64,000 nt of DNA from Phoronis australis (Eukaryota > Animalia > Phoronida). A model generated the notes under the pieces. That model saw only the letters and a program-made list of their open reading frames with translations. It was not told the origin of the DNA and did not search any database. This document shows positions 37,701 through 51,600 of the stretch, in pieces. A program made the translations under genes and the position numbers. Location of the stretch: assembly GCA_002633005.1 (NCBI GenBank), contig NMRA01000148.1, forward strand, positions 558,001 through 622,000, read 5' to 3'. The first letter of the stretch is position 1. Each line of letters begins with the position of its first letter.

Positions 37701-40700
37701 ACAGGAACAGGAACTAAAAATAAAAAAATTGGGAACATTCAACGTACAATTCTTCAATGATGTGAGAGCATGATGGTGTGTACTGCATGATCCAAATTCT
37801 GATTCAGGACCCAACTGCATAAAAGTTATACACTGCATCATAGCAACAATGACATCACATTATCACGCGCCACGTTGTTATTGTTGAACAATGCACCTGA
37901 CGTCACGCAACAATCAAACTTATCCAGCGAATAATTTTGAAGTTTTATGCAACCCAGACCACGCGTGCAATACGGGCAGTCTAGACAAGAATGAACAGTT
38001 TAGATATCACAAATTAAATCTTTGCATTGGCACAGATGTTGACATAAGAGTTTGAATATTAAGGACAAAAATAAAGCAATTATTTGAAGCCACAACTTAC
38101 TGTGAGCAAGAATTTGTGTGCATGGTGGAATGTACCAATACCTCCCTCACCAATCAACTCTGTGTCAAACACCTCAGTGACCAATATGTTGGCTTTCTCA
38201 GGCATGTCACCGTCTACAACAACAACAATGCCTAACAATGGACAACTTTCAACTTTTCAAACTTTGTAAATAGTGGGACAAAATCACCAACTTGTTGCAT
38301 AACCTTGCATACCGTCTATAGTCCTGCACGTGGAAAACCAGCATGAGGTCTTCTAAACTGCAGTACCATATGTTAATCCATGACATCGAAGGAAGTGGAA
38401 CAAAAATCCGCCTTGCTTCATATCTCACAAAAAGTCAATTGCCTGATTTTGGATGATGGAACATCTGTTTAAATTTAACTACATCACGTCTCTACATTTA
38501 TTCTAGTTTTTCCACAATTTCTAAGTTAAAGAATAATAGACTAAGAGCTTAACACACCAGATCCCACTGTCATTTCTGTTGATCGTTTTGGCACCAAGCA
38601 TATCTTGTCCTGGAATCCATTCTTCCTCATCACTTCAGCAGCACACTTGGCCATTGGGGCAAAAGCCTGAAAGACAAAAACACAGCATGATAATATCGTA
38701 AACATTTGTGGACAAAATTATCGTTTATACGCTAGCGTTTTCGTGTCTGAGGCATAATTTTATCGTGCTAGAAGCTAAGATCATAGTGTACACGTGTCCA
38801 TGAGCTGAAATTAATTAAAGTGGCATTCATAGACTTTAAGACTTTCAAGATAATATATTTTCACTTGTATACTTTTTGATGATAGGCCTGTAACTGAACT
38901 TAGATGTCTAAAATAAATAGAAATTATGCAAATGAGAGATATATTACTAAGCCACAGGTGGTCACTTATCCCAAAGAGTGTGGTAAACCCAGAACCAGTT
39001 ACATACCTCACAAGCTGTGATGCTGTCAGCACCACACCTGGCTGCCATCATTGATAACAAGCCAGTTCCAGTGCCTATATCCAGGACATTGGCAGGTTTA
39101 CCAAAGCTGTGTTGCAGGTGGATTGCTTCACGCAGGGCTGAGAAGTACTTCTGGTTCTGGAGGTACAAAGAAAGCATTTCAAGCGAGGAAACACGTGGAC
39201 TTCACATGCATACGAGGGTACAAAGAAAGCATTTCAAGCGAGGAAACACGTGGACTTCACATGCATACGAGACATGATAAATATATATCAGTTGAATAAT
39301 TACTGTGTCAACTTAAACTGACACAGAAAAATGCCCGTCAATTTAAAATTTTTATCCAGCAAATATTTCAGGCTGAAGCATTTACACTCAGAGCTAAAGT
39401 GACTCATGTTGGCAATCAAAAAGAGTACAAAATATTAACTAAACCAATTTCTAAAAAGGAAAGTCACCTCTTTAAATTAAGTTATGCAGGACACCAGAAA
39501 AATGTCCAAATTTGACTAACTTTGGAACGTCGTATCTCAGAAATGGCTCTTCAGATTCATAAGAAAATTTCAGGTACTATGCTTTAGACAGTGTTCTCCA
39601 AAATTCTGTTAGAGATTGTTATCAAATGTTCTACTTTCATGCGAGTTAATAACAAAAATAGTACTCATGTGATTTTCAAGAAAAAAGTGCCAAGTTGCAT
39701 ATTTTATAAAACTGTTGAGATTTCATCTTGAACATTTATTTTAAATGAAATTAGGTCGTGTTATTGATTCCATCACTTTAATATCAGTGTATCTTTATTT
39801 TTGTTAAATTTTACTGAACAAGATGTGATCACATGACCCAATGCACGAAAGCAAGATAAAAAGTCAAAAATAAAATTCTACTTAAGTTTTCTTTCAGAAT
39901 ATATATACTTTCATCCAGTTGAAAATTTATAGTATTGTAGATATTCGACTAAAGATTGAATACTTGTCAACAAGGCCCATACATAACACTAAGTTGTTTT
40001 ATCAACATTTGAACAGTTGGATACTGTGTTTTTTTGTATCATAATGTAAAACATTTTTCTTTTCAAAACATAGAGAAGGATCATCCTCCATTACGATGGT
40101 ATTAAACACGTTGAAGATGAAGGCTTGACTTACACGTTCTGTATCGTGAAGCATATCCGCATAAGCTGCCCTATAAATAGAAATTTTAGATTGAAAATTG
40201 AAATTAACAATACATACTCGATCCTTAGATATTTCCAAGCCCTGGTGCAGAGTCTAATACAGGAGAACTGAACTTGAACTCTTGCCATTGCACTGAAATG
40301 AGTACATTTTTGGGACACCTGTACATGTATTCATAAAGTTTTTTTCCTCAGATTTTCTGTGGAACATAGACTAATGCACGACATGGACAAATTCAACTTT
40401 ACCTCGAAGTCTAACCTCAGGTTGCCTCATGGGTCATTCCTATGGGGCGCATCTCCCTCAACCCTTACATTACCCACTGATGTGACCTAAGGTTAACTTC
40501 TAGTTAAGTTGTAGTAGAGCGGAGGGTGGACCAATTGCACTCACAGAAAGGTAAAAAGTATTGGTGGGTCTGTCTCCCAATCCTGGCATTTTGATAATTT
40601 CAAAATTAGCTTGCATCCCTGCAGCTGGTCATTACCAGTCTCACCCCTCCTCCAGTCGTCGCCAATCCATATGTCCACCAGTCAATGCCAAGTTTTCACC

Positions 40701-42191
40701 CCTTAATCTACAAATTATAGGAAGTGGGGAGATGTGTACCTTTTCATGAATCAGTGAATGGGTACATTTTACCGCCAGAAAATTATCAGGCAATTGACCC
40801 TTGGCTGAACAGTTTGGATGCTCAACTCTCATGTCAGTAGCCCACATTGGACACCCAATGGTGCCATGTAGATTTTTCAATATATTAATCAACAGGGGGT
40901 GTTGTAGAGTGAAAAGTACAGGATAAAAGTAGCTGTATGAAGACTATGTAACTTTGCATCGAGGCTAGACAAAAGCACCTCTTCAGATGTGCTGATGTTG
41001 CAGCCCAAATCGATATGGCATGGGTTGGTGAGCCAAACTGATGCCTGAGCCAAACTGATGCTTGAGTCAAACTTAAGCTACCGTAAGTTCCCAAATTACT
41101 GCCAATGATTTATATGTTTTCTTAACAGTTATCAGAACTGAGATTGACAACAATATGGTGTGGTGCATATTTTCGCAGGACACTTCTCCACGAGATTAAT
41201 CCATACGTGAGCATTCATTGTCATCAATTTTGGGTTCTGATCAATATCAAAAAAATCTATAGACCACTTGCAGTAACTTGGGAACTTACGGTCACTTCAG
41301 TTTGGCGCAGGCATCAGTTTGGCTAACCAACCATGCTAAATTGAAGTGCACCAAATCAGTGTGGCGCAGGGATCAGTTTAGGTAGCCAATACTCAGCTCT
41401 TACAGGTTGGTTTACCGATGTTGTGACATGTGACTTCCGGGTATTACCTACAGCCAGATAAAGCCTCTCTAAGTCGTTTGCCAACCAGCAATTGCCTCTT
41501 AGCTCAACAGTTTAGATGCTCGGCTCTCACACGTGCAACCTGGGTTCATGTCTCGGAGTTAATGACATTTTCTTCATTGGCATTCAACAAGGGTACAGAA
41601 CCCACGACCAGACAGGATGTCAGCACTCCTCTAGGGTCAGTCCAGAGTCACGCTTCATCAACTGCAGAGAAAACCCAGACCGGAGACATGGCCAACCTGG
41701 GGGAAGGGGGGGCAGGTGGCACGCTTGATCTATAGAAGTAAGAGGAGGGTTGTGACACATGACTTCCAGGAGCGACATACAGCCAGATAAAGACTCTCTA
41801 AGTGGCTGGTCAAGCGGCAATTGCCTCTTGGCTGAACGGTTTCGATGCTCGGCTCTCACACCAGTGCTGGAGTCACTGACTACACTACACTCTACACTAC
41901 AGTATATGCTGCAAAAGCAGCAAGGCATTTGAAATGAAGTGTTCCTGAATGCCTCAACAATTTCAATGACTTTTGAATGGCTCTAATCATTAGAGTAAAT
42001 CCTAAACACCTCAGGACTTTTGAAAAGGATATTGAAAATATGATTTCTGATTTGGTAATCACAGAAAATTATGCCAAAAGGCAAAATAACAATCACCTAG
42101 CAATTTCTTGGTGATAATCATAATTCTCATCCTCAATAACCCATTCATATTTGCCTGTTACTGGGCAGACACGTGATGAGAATACACTCAT
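31762..42191 (-). CDS. PRMT7: Protein arginine N-methyltransferase 7, 13 coding exons, 678 aa
   Basis: Exons 42097-42191, 40134-40170, 39007-39156, 38558-38666, 38101-38213, 37362-37594, 36919-37102, 36208-36338, 35390-35588, 34672-34809, 33730-33966, 33048-33208 and 31762-32011 total 2037 nt. Motifs include [33 protein letters not shown], the double-E loop [12 protein letters not shown] and WRDHWMQ. A second degenerate PRMT module follows ([21 protein letters not shown]). Confidence 0.96.
39162..39271. repeat. Perfect 55-bp tandem duplication next to the PRMT7 exon 3 acceptor
   Basis: ggtacaaagaaagcatttcaagcgaggaaacacgtggacttcacatgcatacgag occurs at 39162 and 39217. Confidence 0.92.
40785..40880 (+). 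mobile_element. Degenerate LTR fragment of the tRNA-bearing TRIM family
   Basis: ggcaattgacccttggctgaacagtttggatgctcaact...catgtagatttttc matches the family by eye. Confidence 0.55.
41018..41336. mobile_element. MITE-like element with about 70-85 bp imperfect terminal inverted repeats
   Basis: gcatgggttggtgagccaaactgatgcctg...accgtaagttcccaaattactgc is inverted relative to gcagtaacttgggaacttacggt...caggcatcagtttggctaaccaaccatgc. Confidence 0.8.
41419..41865 (+). mobile_element. Older two-LTR TRIM of the tRNA-bearing family (3' LTR truncated)
   Basis: LTR1 spans 41419-41576 (tgttgtgacatgtgacttccgg...gcaattgcctcttagctcaacag...gggttcatgtc...ttca). A PBS-like tggcattcaacaaggg follows at 41578, then the purine tract agaagtaagaggaggg (41734-41749), then LTR2 from about 41750 (ttgtgacacatgacttcc...ggcaattgcctcttggctgaacgg). 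Confidence 0.75.
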
Positions 42192-42605
42192 CTCAGTGAG
42201 ACTTCTCGTAATCAGTAAAGGTATGAATTGCTTAATACAGAACTGAGTCAGACTCATGTGAGCATGGAGGCTGACATGTTTTCCCAGAGCTCCGCACATA
42301 CGAAACTGATTAAAGGAAAGAATGTTGAACTTCATATACAATATTGTGAACTTTTGTGTAAATAATGCCTTATTATAGTACTTAAGTTAGTTTTGTCTAA
42401 ATATATGGTTTATAATTGATTTATAATGGGAAATTTTGACTTATATCACCGTAAGCATATATACGAAACTGCTTTAAACAAGGCTTGCTAGCCAAAATTA
42501 CGAAATGCGGAAGTTCCCGATAACAACCGCCAGATGTCAGAAAACTCCCCTGATAACTGATAAACGATGTTTTGAATTCGTTTGTGAACCTGTCATATTG
42601 CCAAG
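42192..42605. promoter_or_regulatory. Probable bidirectional promoter between PRMT7 and IST1
   Basis: Divergent ATGs at 42191 (-) and 42606 (+) have only 414 bp between them. An ETS-type CGGAAGT lies at about 42508. Confidence 0.65.
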
Positions 42606-45600
42606 ATGTTCGGCCAAAAGCGAGCGAATTATTTAAAGTTAAAAACTAACCTGAGAGTAGTTATTCACCGATTGAAGCTGTTGGAAAAGAAGAAAAGTAA
42701 GTTTCTGATTGACGTGGTTACAGAGTCAGAGTCGGAGAGTTGTTATTGTAACCGTGCGTTATGGCGTTATGCGTTTACTTTACCGCTCTACTCACATACT
42801 ACTGAATCGTCGATTCAGCATAAAATCTACTGAACAGCAACAAAATAAATTACTGATAGTTTCATTGTTGTCATCCTTCTAAAACAATTTAAAGTAGATG
42901 TTAGTACCGGATTCATCACTAGTATAGTAGTATACACAGCATTCTGTTTTGTATCACAAATCACATTACTAAAGGGCGTGACACACTATTGTCACAGCGT
43001 ATCAGTGCTGGTCCTTAAGCGCCGGGTAAAATCCAGTTAAAAAGATTGTCATTTTATTTAAGACTTTAAAAGAACAACTCTGACCGCACAATTCACTGTT
43101 TTACTGGTGAGTGTTGATATTGATATAGTAATATTGTATATAAATGTTGATTAAAACATGTCTTTTCAAGATAAATGTTGTAACTGGTCTTGCTCATTTA
43201 CTCACTTAATGAGGCCGCGATCAGCAATAAGTAAGCACTGACAGTCTGCAGAACTGACATGGGTTTTAAATAAGTACCTGTTTAGAATAAACGCCAGGTC
43301 AAAAATAAGCGCTCAGGCACTAGTACGTGACACAATGCTACCTATGCTGGTGTTGACTGCCAGTAAATGCGCAGCACCAAGTCGGACCTAGATACAGACT
43401 GTAAATTTTTCTTTGTGTTATACTGCATACAGGATGTACATAGAGCTGTTCAGAAGTTTCAAGACTCGGAATGATTGCCTATATGAACTAAATAGGCAAA
43501 ATGACAAACAAATGATGTTTCATATATCTTCTGCCTATCTTATGTGCGATACAAACAGGCTAGTCTATTTAGAAAATTTCTAAATAAGGAAGACAATACA
43601 GTCAGAAATGTGACTGTTTTAGTCATAATAACTGTGAAGCATAGATATTATGGTAGTTGACTGTATATCAGTGTGTGCAATGGTGAACAAAAAAGAGTGC
43701 TGGGAATGCTTAACAGTAGATCAGATTCTTGATATCTGTATGTGAAAACCACTGTTGTTTGTAGCAAGTAAAAATGACAGGCTATTTCTTGGTAGCAACA
43801 AACAGCTTGTATTGCATATTTGAAAATTTAATAATNNNNNNNNNNNNNNNNNNNNNNNNNNNNNNNNNNNNNNNNNNNNNNNNNNNNNNNNNNNNNNNNN
43901 NNNNNNNNNNNNNNNNNNNNNNNNNNNNNNNNNNNNNNNNNNNNNNNNNNNNNNNNNNNNNNNNNNNNNNNNNNNNNNNNNNNNNNNNNNNNNNNNNNNN
44001 NNNNNNNNNNNNNNNNNNNNNNNNNNNNNNNNNNNNNNNNNNNNNNNTACCCCCCCCCCAAAATTGGTTTTAAATTCATTGTTGCAATGTACTCCATTGT
44101 ATTTTGTTATCATTAAGTTGGTTACCTGTTTTTTATTCAGGAACCATAGGTCTCTAAGATACAGGACTCTGTTCGTCAAATGTGTAGTATTGTGCACTTC
44201 AATGTGGTGCTTCTTCAAAGTTATTCCACTGTTTTTGAATTACTACTTTCCATTTACACTTCAAGTCTAACTGAATATAAGAAAACTGTTGTGATTCTGT
44301 CTGCTTAGTCCTGAAAAACTATTTAAATAATGCATGTTAAAAATATTTAGCTATGCAATTGAGATTAAGTATCGTTTTATTGTTTTTCAGCTGAAAAGGC
44401 ATTGAAGGATAGGAAAGAAATTGCTGACTACTTACAAGCAGGAAAAGTCGACAGAGCTAGAATAAGGGTAACTAACTTAACGACTTATTTCCGTATTCAG
44501 TGTTTTGTCATTTTCATTGCTAGAGAAACTGGAAATATTTATTACCTTTGCTGGTTTTTGTTTCAAGCAAGACAGTTTTTTTGTCTAAGATGGTCACGTT
44601 TACCTTGAGAAAAACAGCTGAAATTGATTCTTCTGTGTCAACAATTTTAGAGTCATTTGTCAAATGCTATGCCACCTTGTATGTAATTTCTTTAATTTTC
44701 CTTAATGATGTTTTAGGCTCACTTGTCTGTGCACAGTATGTGTATTGTAGGTATAACTGCCACAAGAAACTTGGTATCTGTAATTATCCAGACATTGATG
44801 TGGTTGGCAAATCAGCTCTTCACAAAAGTTTTCAACGAACTATCAATCATTTTATCCATCTCCTCTCATAAAATTTTCATCAATTTCGGACAAAAATAAG
44901 CAAAAGGTGCCCTCCTTTCAATCTTCAAGGGTTTCTAACATTGTTGGTAATAGTCACTGTTTCTCAAAATATTGTCTGTTAACAGATATGTTTTAGAACT
45001 TTAAAATCATAGAATTTATTTAATGAATCTTATCTTTTATAAAAAATTTAAAAGTTTTTTTTATCGGCTTTATTGTGTCCCAAATTTGTGAGATTTTACC
45101 AAATTTGTTCTGTTCAAATTACACTGTCACCTCCTAGTGGCATTTTAATGACACATGCCTCAGTAGATACAAGGTTACATCTGCTTCCTTTGAAATTGGC
45201 AGGTTCTAGTTGTTGTGACACTAATATTGAATTGTTCTGACATTTTAAAACTTATTTATATCAGGATCAAAAGTTTTTTTAGTAAAAATATCACTCGAGG
45301 ATTAGTGGTTTATTATTGATGAGAATTGTTGTTTATTCAACTACAATGCATACAGTTTTTTTTGAAGTATGACTATTTGCATACTTCAGTACATAAATGT
45401 TTGAAAGTTCCTTTTTATATGAAGTAATATTACACACAAGTAATATGTCTCAGGCAGTGAGTGTACTTTCGCCCAACTTGTTTATCGACATTTTTCAACT
45501 CTGCTTGTAGTGCACAGGCTGTGGCTTAGCAGTAACATGTGCGCTTGCAAGTTCTGAGACCCAAGTTCAAATCCCTCGCAAGCCAAGTTTGGAATTTCCC

Positions 45601-48600
45601 GCCGAATAGATATGTCATTCTGTGACTTAAACAAAAAGGTTATTAAATGGTCATATGTTTAGAAAAATCACAAAAAGTGGTGGATAATTAGTATTATTAA
45701 TTATGCACTGTTATAAAATAGTTTTAAATTGGATACTTTTGCAATTAAAACATTTTATTTACCTATCTAGATGTAAAAAATGATTCCCAGTTTGTGTCAT
45801 TTCCTTAAAATATTAGAAAGAGAATTTTATATTCAAAGAGGAATTTTATTAAATGGCAATTTAGATGAATACCATGCAACCTGGAGAAACTGGTTAACAA
45901 TAACTTTTGCCTGACAACATCCTACTAAAAGTGGGTGGGTATGTTGAGGGGTGGGTGGGTGTGTGTGTGCATGTGTGTATGTTAAGATTTTTTGTCTTAC
46001 ATGTCTTTGTATTTCTGTTCTGTATACCAATAAAAAAAATTAAAAAAAAGAAATAAAAATATGCACTGTTATTATTATTGTTGTCGTTATTGTTGAAGGT
46101 GGAACACATTGTAAGAGAAGACTACTTGGTCGAAGCCATGGAAATCCTGGAGATGTTCTGTGATCTGCTGCTGGCCAGGTTTGGCCTCGTAGAGAAGGTC
46201 AAGTAAGTATTACACACTCTTGCAGGGGTGACTTTTTAATTTGAAGTTTTCTCCCATGAATAACACATTAAGCTGGTTTTCAGCATCTGGGACCCCTGTA
46301 TGTAACTATTGCCTGAATGACTGAAATTGGATGAGATAACCTTTAATGACCTTTTTCGGATTCGTTTGCTAATTTTGTTCCAACATTTGGTTTTCTGTTC
46401 TCAGGGAGATGGATCCTAGTTTGGAAAAAGCCATAGCAACACTTATATGGGCAGCTCCTCGACTAGCATCTGATGTGCCTGAGTTCAATGTGGTGAGTTT
46501 GTTGTTCAAATGTAACTGGTTGACTGTGCCCAGATCTTTGTGAAATTAGGTTATGTTTCAAATTAGCCATTACTCATTCATTCTATCACGTGCTCAAATA
46601 TGAATAAATGTGACACATGTTATCAATACTTGTAGATTGCCTATAACCTCGTCGCTAAGTATGGAAAGGAGTTCGGGGAAGAGTGTAAAACAAACAAACT
46701 GGAATTGGCTGACGAGACAGTCGTGCACCGAATGAGCATTTATTCGCCCCCTAAAGAGTTGATTGAGAACTACATGGTTGCTATAGCACAGACCTACAAA
46801 GTGGACTTTACTCCAGATCCAACTTGCTACAGAGTAAGACATCAACAAAGCTTTTTGTGAAGTTAAGGGTCACAGTCCTTTACATTATTTCCTGCTGAAA
46901 GAATTTTGTGGATATTTTTTGTATTGTTTTTAACTTGACTCTCAGTTGTGTTTCTTTGCAATTTAATCTGGTCTTTCAATCTGTTTAATAAAACTGTAGG
47001 AGTTTCTAGTTGAATGAATTGCCGTAGATTGTCTCAAGCAACTTTTCATGTTTTCAAGGTTGTCTTATCTGCAGTTGCCATAAGTAAACAATCTGGGGCC
47101 TGTTCCAAGAAACTGACTTAGTTCATTTTTGACTTAAGTTTAAGATTTGTCTTAATTTCCAATCTTTGAAACTTCCAAATTCGGTAAGTAAGTCAAAATT
47201 AAGACAAAACTTATGTCAAACACTTAAGTCAAGCTTAAGATCTATTTCTTGAATTGGTTTTGAGACAAATTCAACTTTCACTTTAAAATTTACAAAAATT
47301 TAAGATTTGTCTTAGCTAAGTCAGTTTTGTTGCCAGTTGTCTATTTCTAATCCCCCACAGTTCTTTTATAGGTGGGCGATTAGCAACCTGGCTGGGACTA
47401 ATTAAAAATACCTGTACTACATCCAAAACAAGATTGCTGTTGTTTAAAGTCACTTTTTTACTAAAATAGTTCAAGTGGTCATATTCATAAGTTATCAAAA
47501 ATTGTTTTGTCTTTTTATTTGGCATTTCTTCTTTTTTCTTGAGCAAAGCAAATCATGCTTCTCACATCCTTGGAATGATATCAAAACATTATTGACAAAG
47601 TTGAGTAGGTATTAATATAAAGACAAAAGAGTATCAATTGTCATTAGATTTTTTTTTTGGTTAAAATACTGACTAAAACTGTAATTTGTATACTACTAAT
47701 TATTTTGTGTTGTTTGTTCAACTTTTACTCTTCTGATTGTGTGTTAGGCACAGTGTTCAACTACGCATTTGCTTCCATTGACAGGAACTGAATGAACTTG
47801 AAAACACCGGGGTACTTATTGACTTTGGTAACCAAGGTGACGGAACAGGAAAAGGTGGTGGCCATGGTGGCACCGGTGGTACTGGTGGGNGCTGTAGGGT
47901 CAACAGAAGAGAAGACATTGGACCCTAATCAAAATAACAGGGTAAGGAAATCTGAGGTTTTGGTGTAACTTTAGAACATTTGTATAAATGACAGAAAGGC
48001 ATCGATCCAACACAATAGTTTTTGCAGACAAAGTTTTGATCAAAAATAGATTATGCCTACAATAATTTACATCACTTTTTCTATTTATGTTTCTGTGTGT
48101 CAAATTGAACGCGTGACTTGACTTCTATTTTTCCAGTTTAATTGCCATTTTTTTCTTATTGCCATAGTGTCTGTTTGTCATCTCAAGTCAGACATTGCTA
48201 GAGTTGTCACGAAGACTTTATGAAAAGGAAATAAAAATTTGACATGATAAAATGTTGATATATTTTGCTAGAACATATTCACATGTTTATCAGGTCATGG
48301 TAGATCATCTAAGGTGTGAAAAAAGTCTTATTTTAACAATAGAAACACATGGTAATGTCTTTGGGACAACTCATGCAACATCCAACTCCTGATGACAAGC
48401 AAACAGTGCAACCATATGAAAAACTGCAGATTGAAGGTGAAATATCAGTCTTGTGTTCAATGGGACTTGTATTGGGGTTGCTGCCAATTCATACTAATCT
48501 CTGATTACTTTTTGTTAGACAGCTTAATATATACTCACTCGTAGCCTCTATACAATCTCCTTTCTTCAGGTGTGCAGTTATGAAGCAAAACACAAAGAGA

Positions 48601-51600
48601 CATAATGCACAAACACGTTAGAATAGTTGCTATATTTCGAGACAACATGTCTCATCATCAGGCAATAGGTGAAATGAACATGGAGGAAGTGAAATAGTGA
48701 AATAAATGGTAACAGCGGGTACGGGGGCATACAAGCAGAGAGTGAATGTATCACGCGGTAGGGAGCCCGCAAGCCTAACGGAGCAGAGCCTGCATATGGT
48801 ACACACCTGTGAGCTGCTCATTCAGCACAGGCTTTTTGTGGCTGATCAATAGAGACTCCAAAATCTTTAACCAAAATGTGTCATTTTCTACATAACAAAT
48901 GGTGGTATTGTCTACTATTTCTTTCCTAGTTTTTGCCATGTTGGTGTAAAAAGGTGATCTTGAATGTACCCGCCTTGCAAATGCATGGACAACCAGCGGG
49001 AGATGGAACATACGGTGTGCTCAATGCAATGCTGTTCAGGAGAATGTCAATGAATGCCTGCTACCGAACTGCACTAGTCTCTGTATATTTCTTACTATGT
49101 TGTATTTTTAGTAGACATGTTGACATGATAGGATAGTGCAGCGCTACTTTCTACCCACACCTAGGCAAATTATCACAAAGTCAGTAGTTATGTTATAGAT
49201 ATTATGGGGTTAGGTAATTAAGTTGTTTCTGCAGTGTAGCCTTTGAGGGAACATGTCGGGTAACATTTAGAATTTTATTGTCAATTTATATATATGAAGT
49301 CAATGAGTTCAAGCTGTGCCAAAATTCTAATCGCTTGTGCGGTGAGGTGTTATTGCCATTTTATATTTTCCATTTTCTTTGTTTATTAGGTATTCTATTG
49401 CTTGTGTGACTTTCTTATGTCATGTCCGAATTCACATCATGACTTTTGTGGACCTTTGCAGAATCTACCAAATCCAAGTGCTCCATTTGAAATTCCCGAC
49501 TTACCCACAGTTCCTGGCAATACTCAGCCCATGCCATTCAATTATCCATCGCCCCAGCAACTATTAAATCCTGGTGGACACAGCCAGACCACACCGTATC
49601 CTCCACAGGCACCAACTGGCACTGTGGGATTCAACCAAGGCAATCTGTACCCTGCCACACCAGGAGTACCTCCACCAGGCATGAGCTCCACACCTCCCGT
49701 TGGAGGGTATCCACCAGGACCTCCAGTATATAATGGTGCAGGACCTCAGGTAGATGAAAACGACTTGTTAAAAATTTGAATGACATATTAATTCTTTTCT
49801 GTTACAAAGCTGAAGGCATAGTTTATTTTCATTGCTTAATTACTTCCAATTGCCTTCATTTGATGTGGTAAGATAATGCAAATAGTAGGAAGATCATTTT
49901 TATGTGACAGGCTTTCATGAAGTTTGGTAAATAAGTTTCTATTAAGAAATTGGCAATACCTTTCTTTATGCAAACAGATTTGACGTATTGTGCACCACCT
50001 AATGATCATTTTTATTATTTACGCATATGCCTGTATCTGCCAAACCACTCAAAGGATCGTTATGAAAATGGGCAGTTATATTCCTGTTGAGAAGACCACA
50101 TTTGTCATTGATTTTTGGACTGGTCAGACTATTGCTGCATCCCCTAGTGGCACTTTTTGTGTGTGTGTTTGCGACTGTATATCTTTAACCCCTCTCAGGA
50201 TCTTTGTGAAATTTTGGCAAATGCTTTTTTATATAAATATGTGGGCGCATTATTATTATGCCGTCATCTCCGTCCGTCTGTCCGGGCAGCGTCCATCCGG
50301 CATCCGTCCGGCATCCGCTGCTCTATCTTCAAAACCATGTATGCTCATCAGGTTGTGCTCATATGTGTTCCTTTCATGGATGGGACAGCATGAGCGAACT
50401 TTTGGACAGATCCGACTACCGGTGTGACCCCCAGTGGCAATTTTAGTTTTTTACGTTTACCTCTGTATATTCAAAGGTCCTCGAGATATTTTCATAAAAT
50501 TTGGCATACAGGCATCTATTAGTGAGATGACTCTATCCTTCCGTTTTCTGACGGATTTGACGTAGTTTGCGCCACCTAGTGGCCATTTTTACTGTTTTCG
50601 AGTCTGTTTTTTGACGTCCAACCCTTTATCAACCAAACTGCTCTATGGATGATTGTGAAAATTGGGCATATATCTTCGTACTGGGAAGAGGATAGCTGAC
50701 TATTTTGGACAGCACTGACTACTGTGGCACCTCCTAGTGGCGTTTTGTTTTCTCTGTGTCTGTGGCTGTATCTCCTAAATGCTCTGCAGGATCTTTATGA
50801 AATTTCGCAAGTGTATTTGCATGGAGGTGAGAGCGGATGACAGCCATGTTTAGATGGATCCAGCTACCAATGTGCCCCCTGGTGGCAATTTAATTTTTTC
50901 CATTTTCCTCTGTATCTTTGGAAGTCCTTGGTGGATTTTTATCAAATTTAGCAATTAGGTTTCTGTTAATTAGGCGATGGCACCTTCTGTTTTTAGATGA
51001 ATTTGACATAGTGTACTCCACCTAGTGGACGTTTTTTCTTATGTTTGAGTCTGTTTTAGGCATCCATCTCCCTATCGGCCAAACCACTCTAAGTATTGTT
51101 TTAAAAATTGTTAGATGTGTTTCTACTGGGAGGAGCGTAGTTGACAATTTTTGGACAGTTTGACAATTGTGGCACCCCCTAGTGGAAGTTTGCTTTTTTC
51201 ACATCTGCAGTCAATTCTTCCGGCATGATTTTCATGCAAATGTATTTCTATGAACGTGACAACAGATGACAAAGTTTTGACATATGTGACTACCACTGTG
51301 CCCCTAGTACCAGTTTTAAATTTTTTACGGTTTTGGGAGGTATGTTCCTATTCAGTACAGCATTGCTGACTTGCTATGCACCCCTTAGAAGCTATTTTAA
51401 GTTTACTTGCATTGCTCAATTTAGTGGGAATGTTTAAAATAGTAATTATGCCTTGTGTCTGAGTTTTGTGCGATACACACGGTGGCGTTGCTCTCATTTT
51501 GAATGTGATCCTATTCAGAAATGCAGACCAGTTTTATTTGTTTGTTGAAAATGTTTCCTATGTTAGACAATTTATACACTGTATGATTAGTATTTCCACC

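Noticed and set aside
43721-44218. ORFs spanning the N run
   Set aside because: They are artefacts of untranslatable gap bases.
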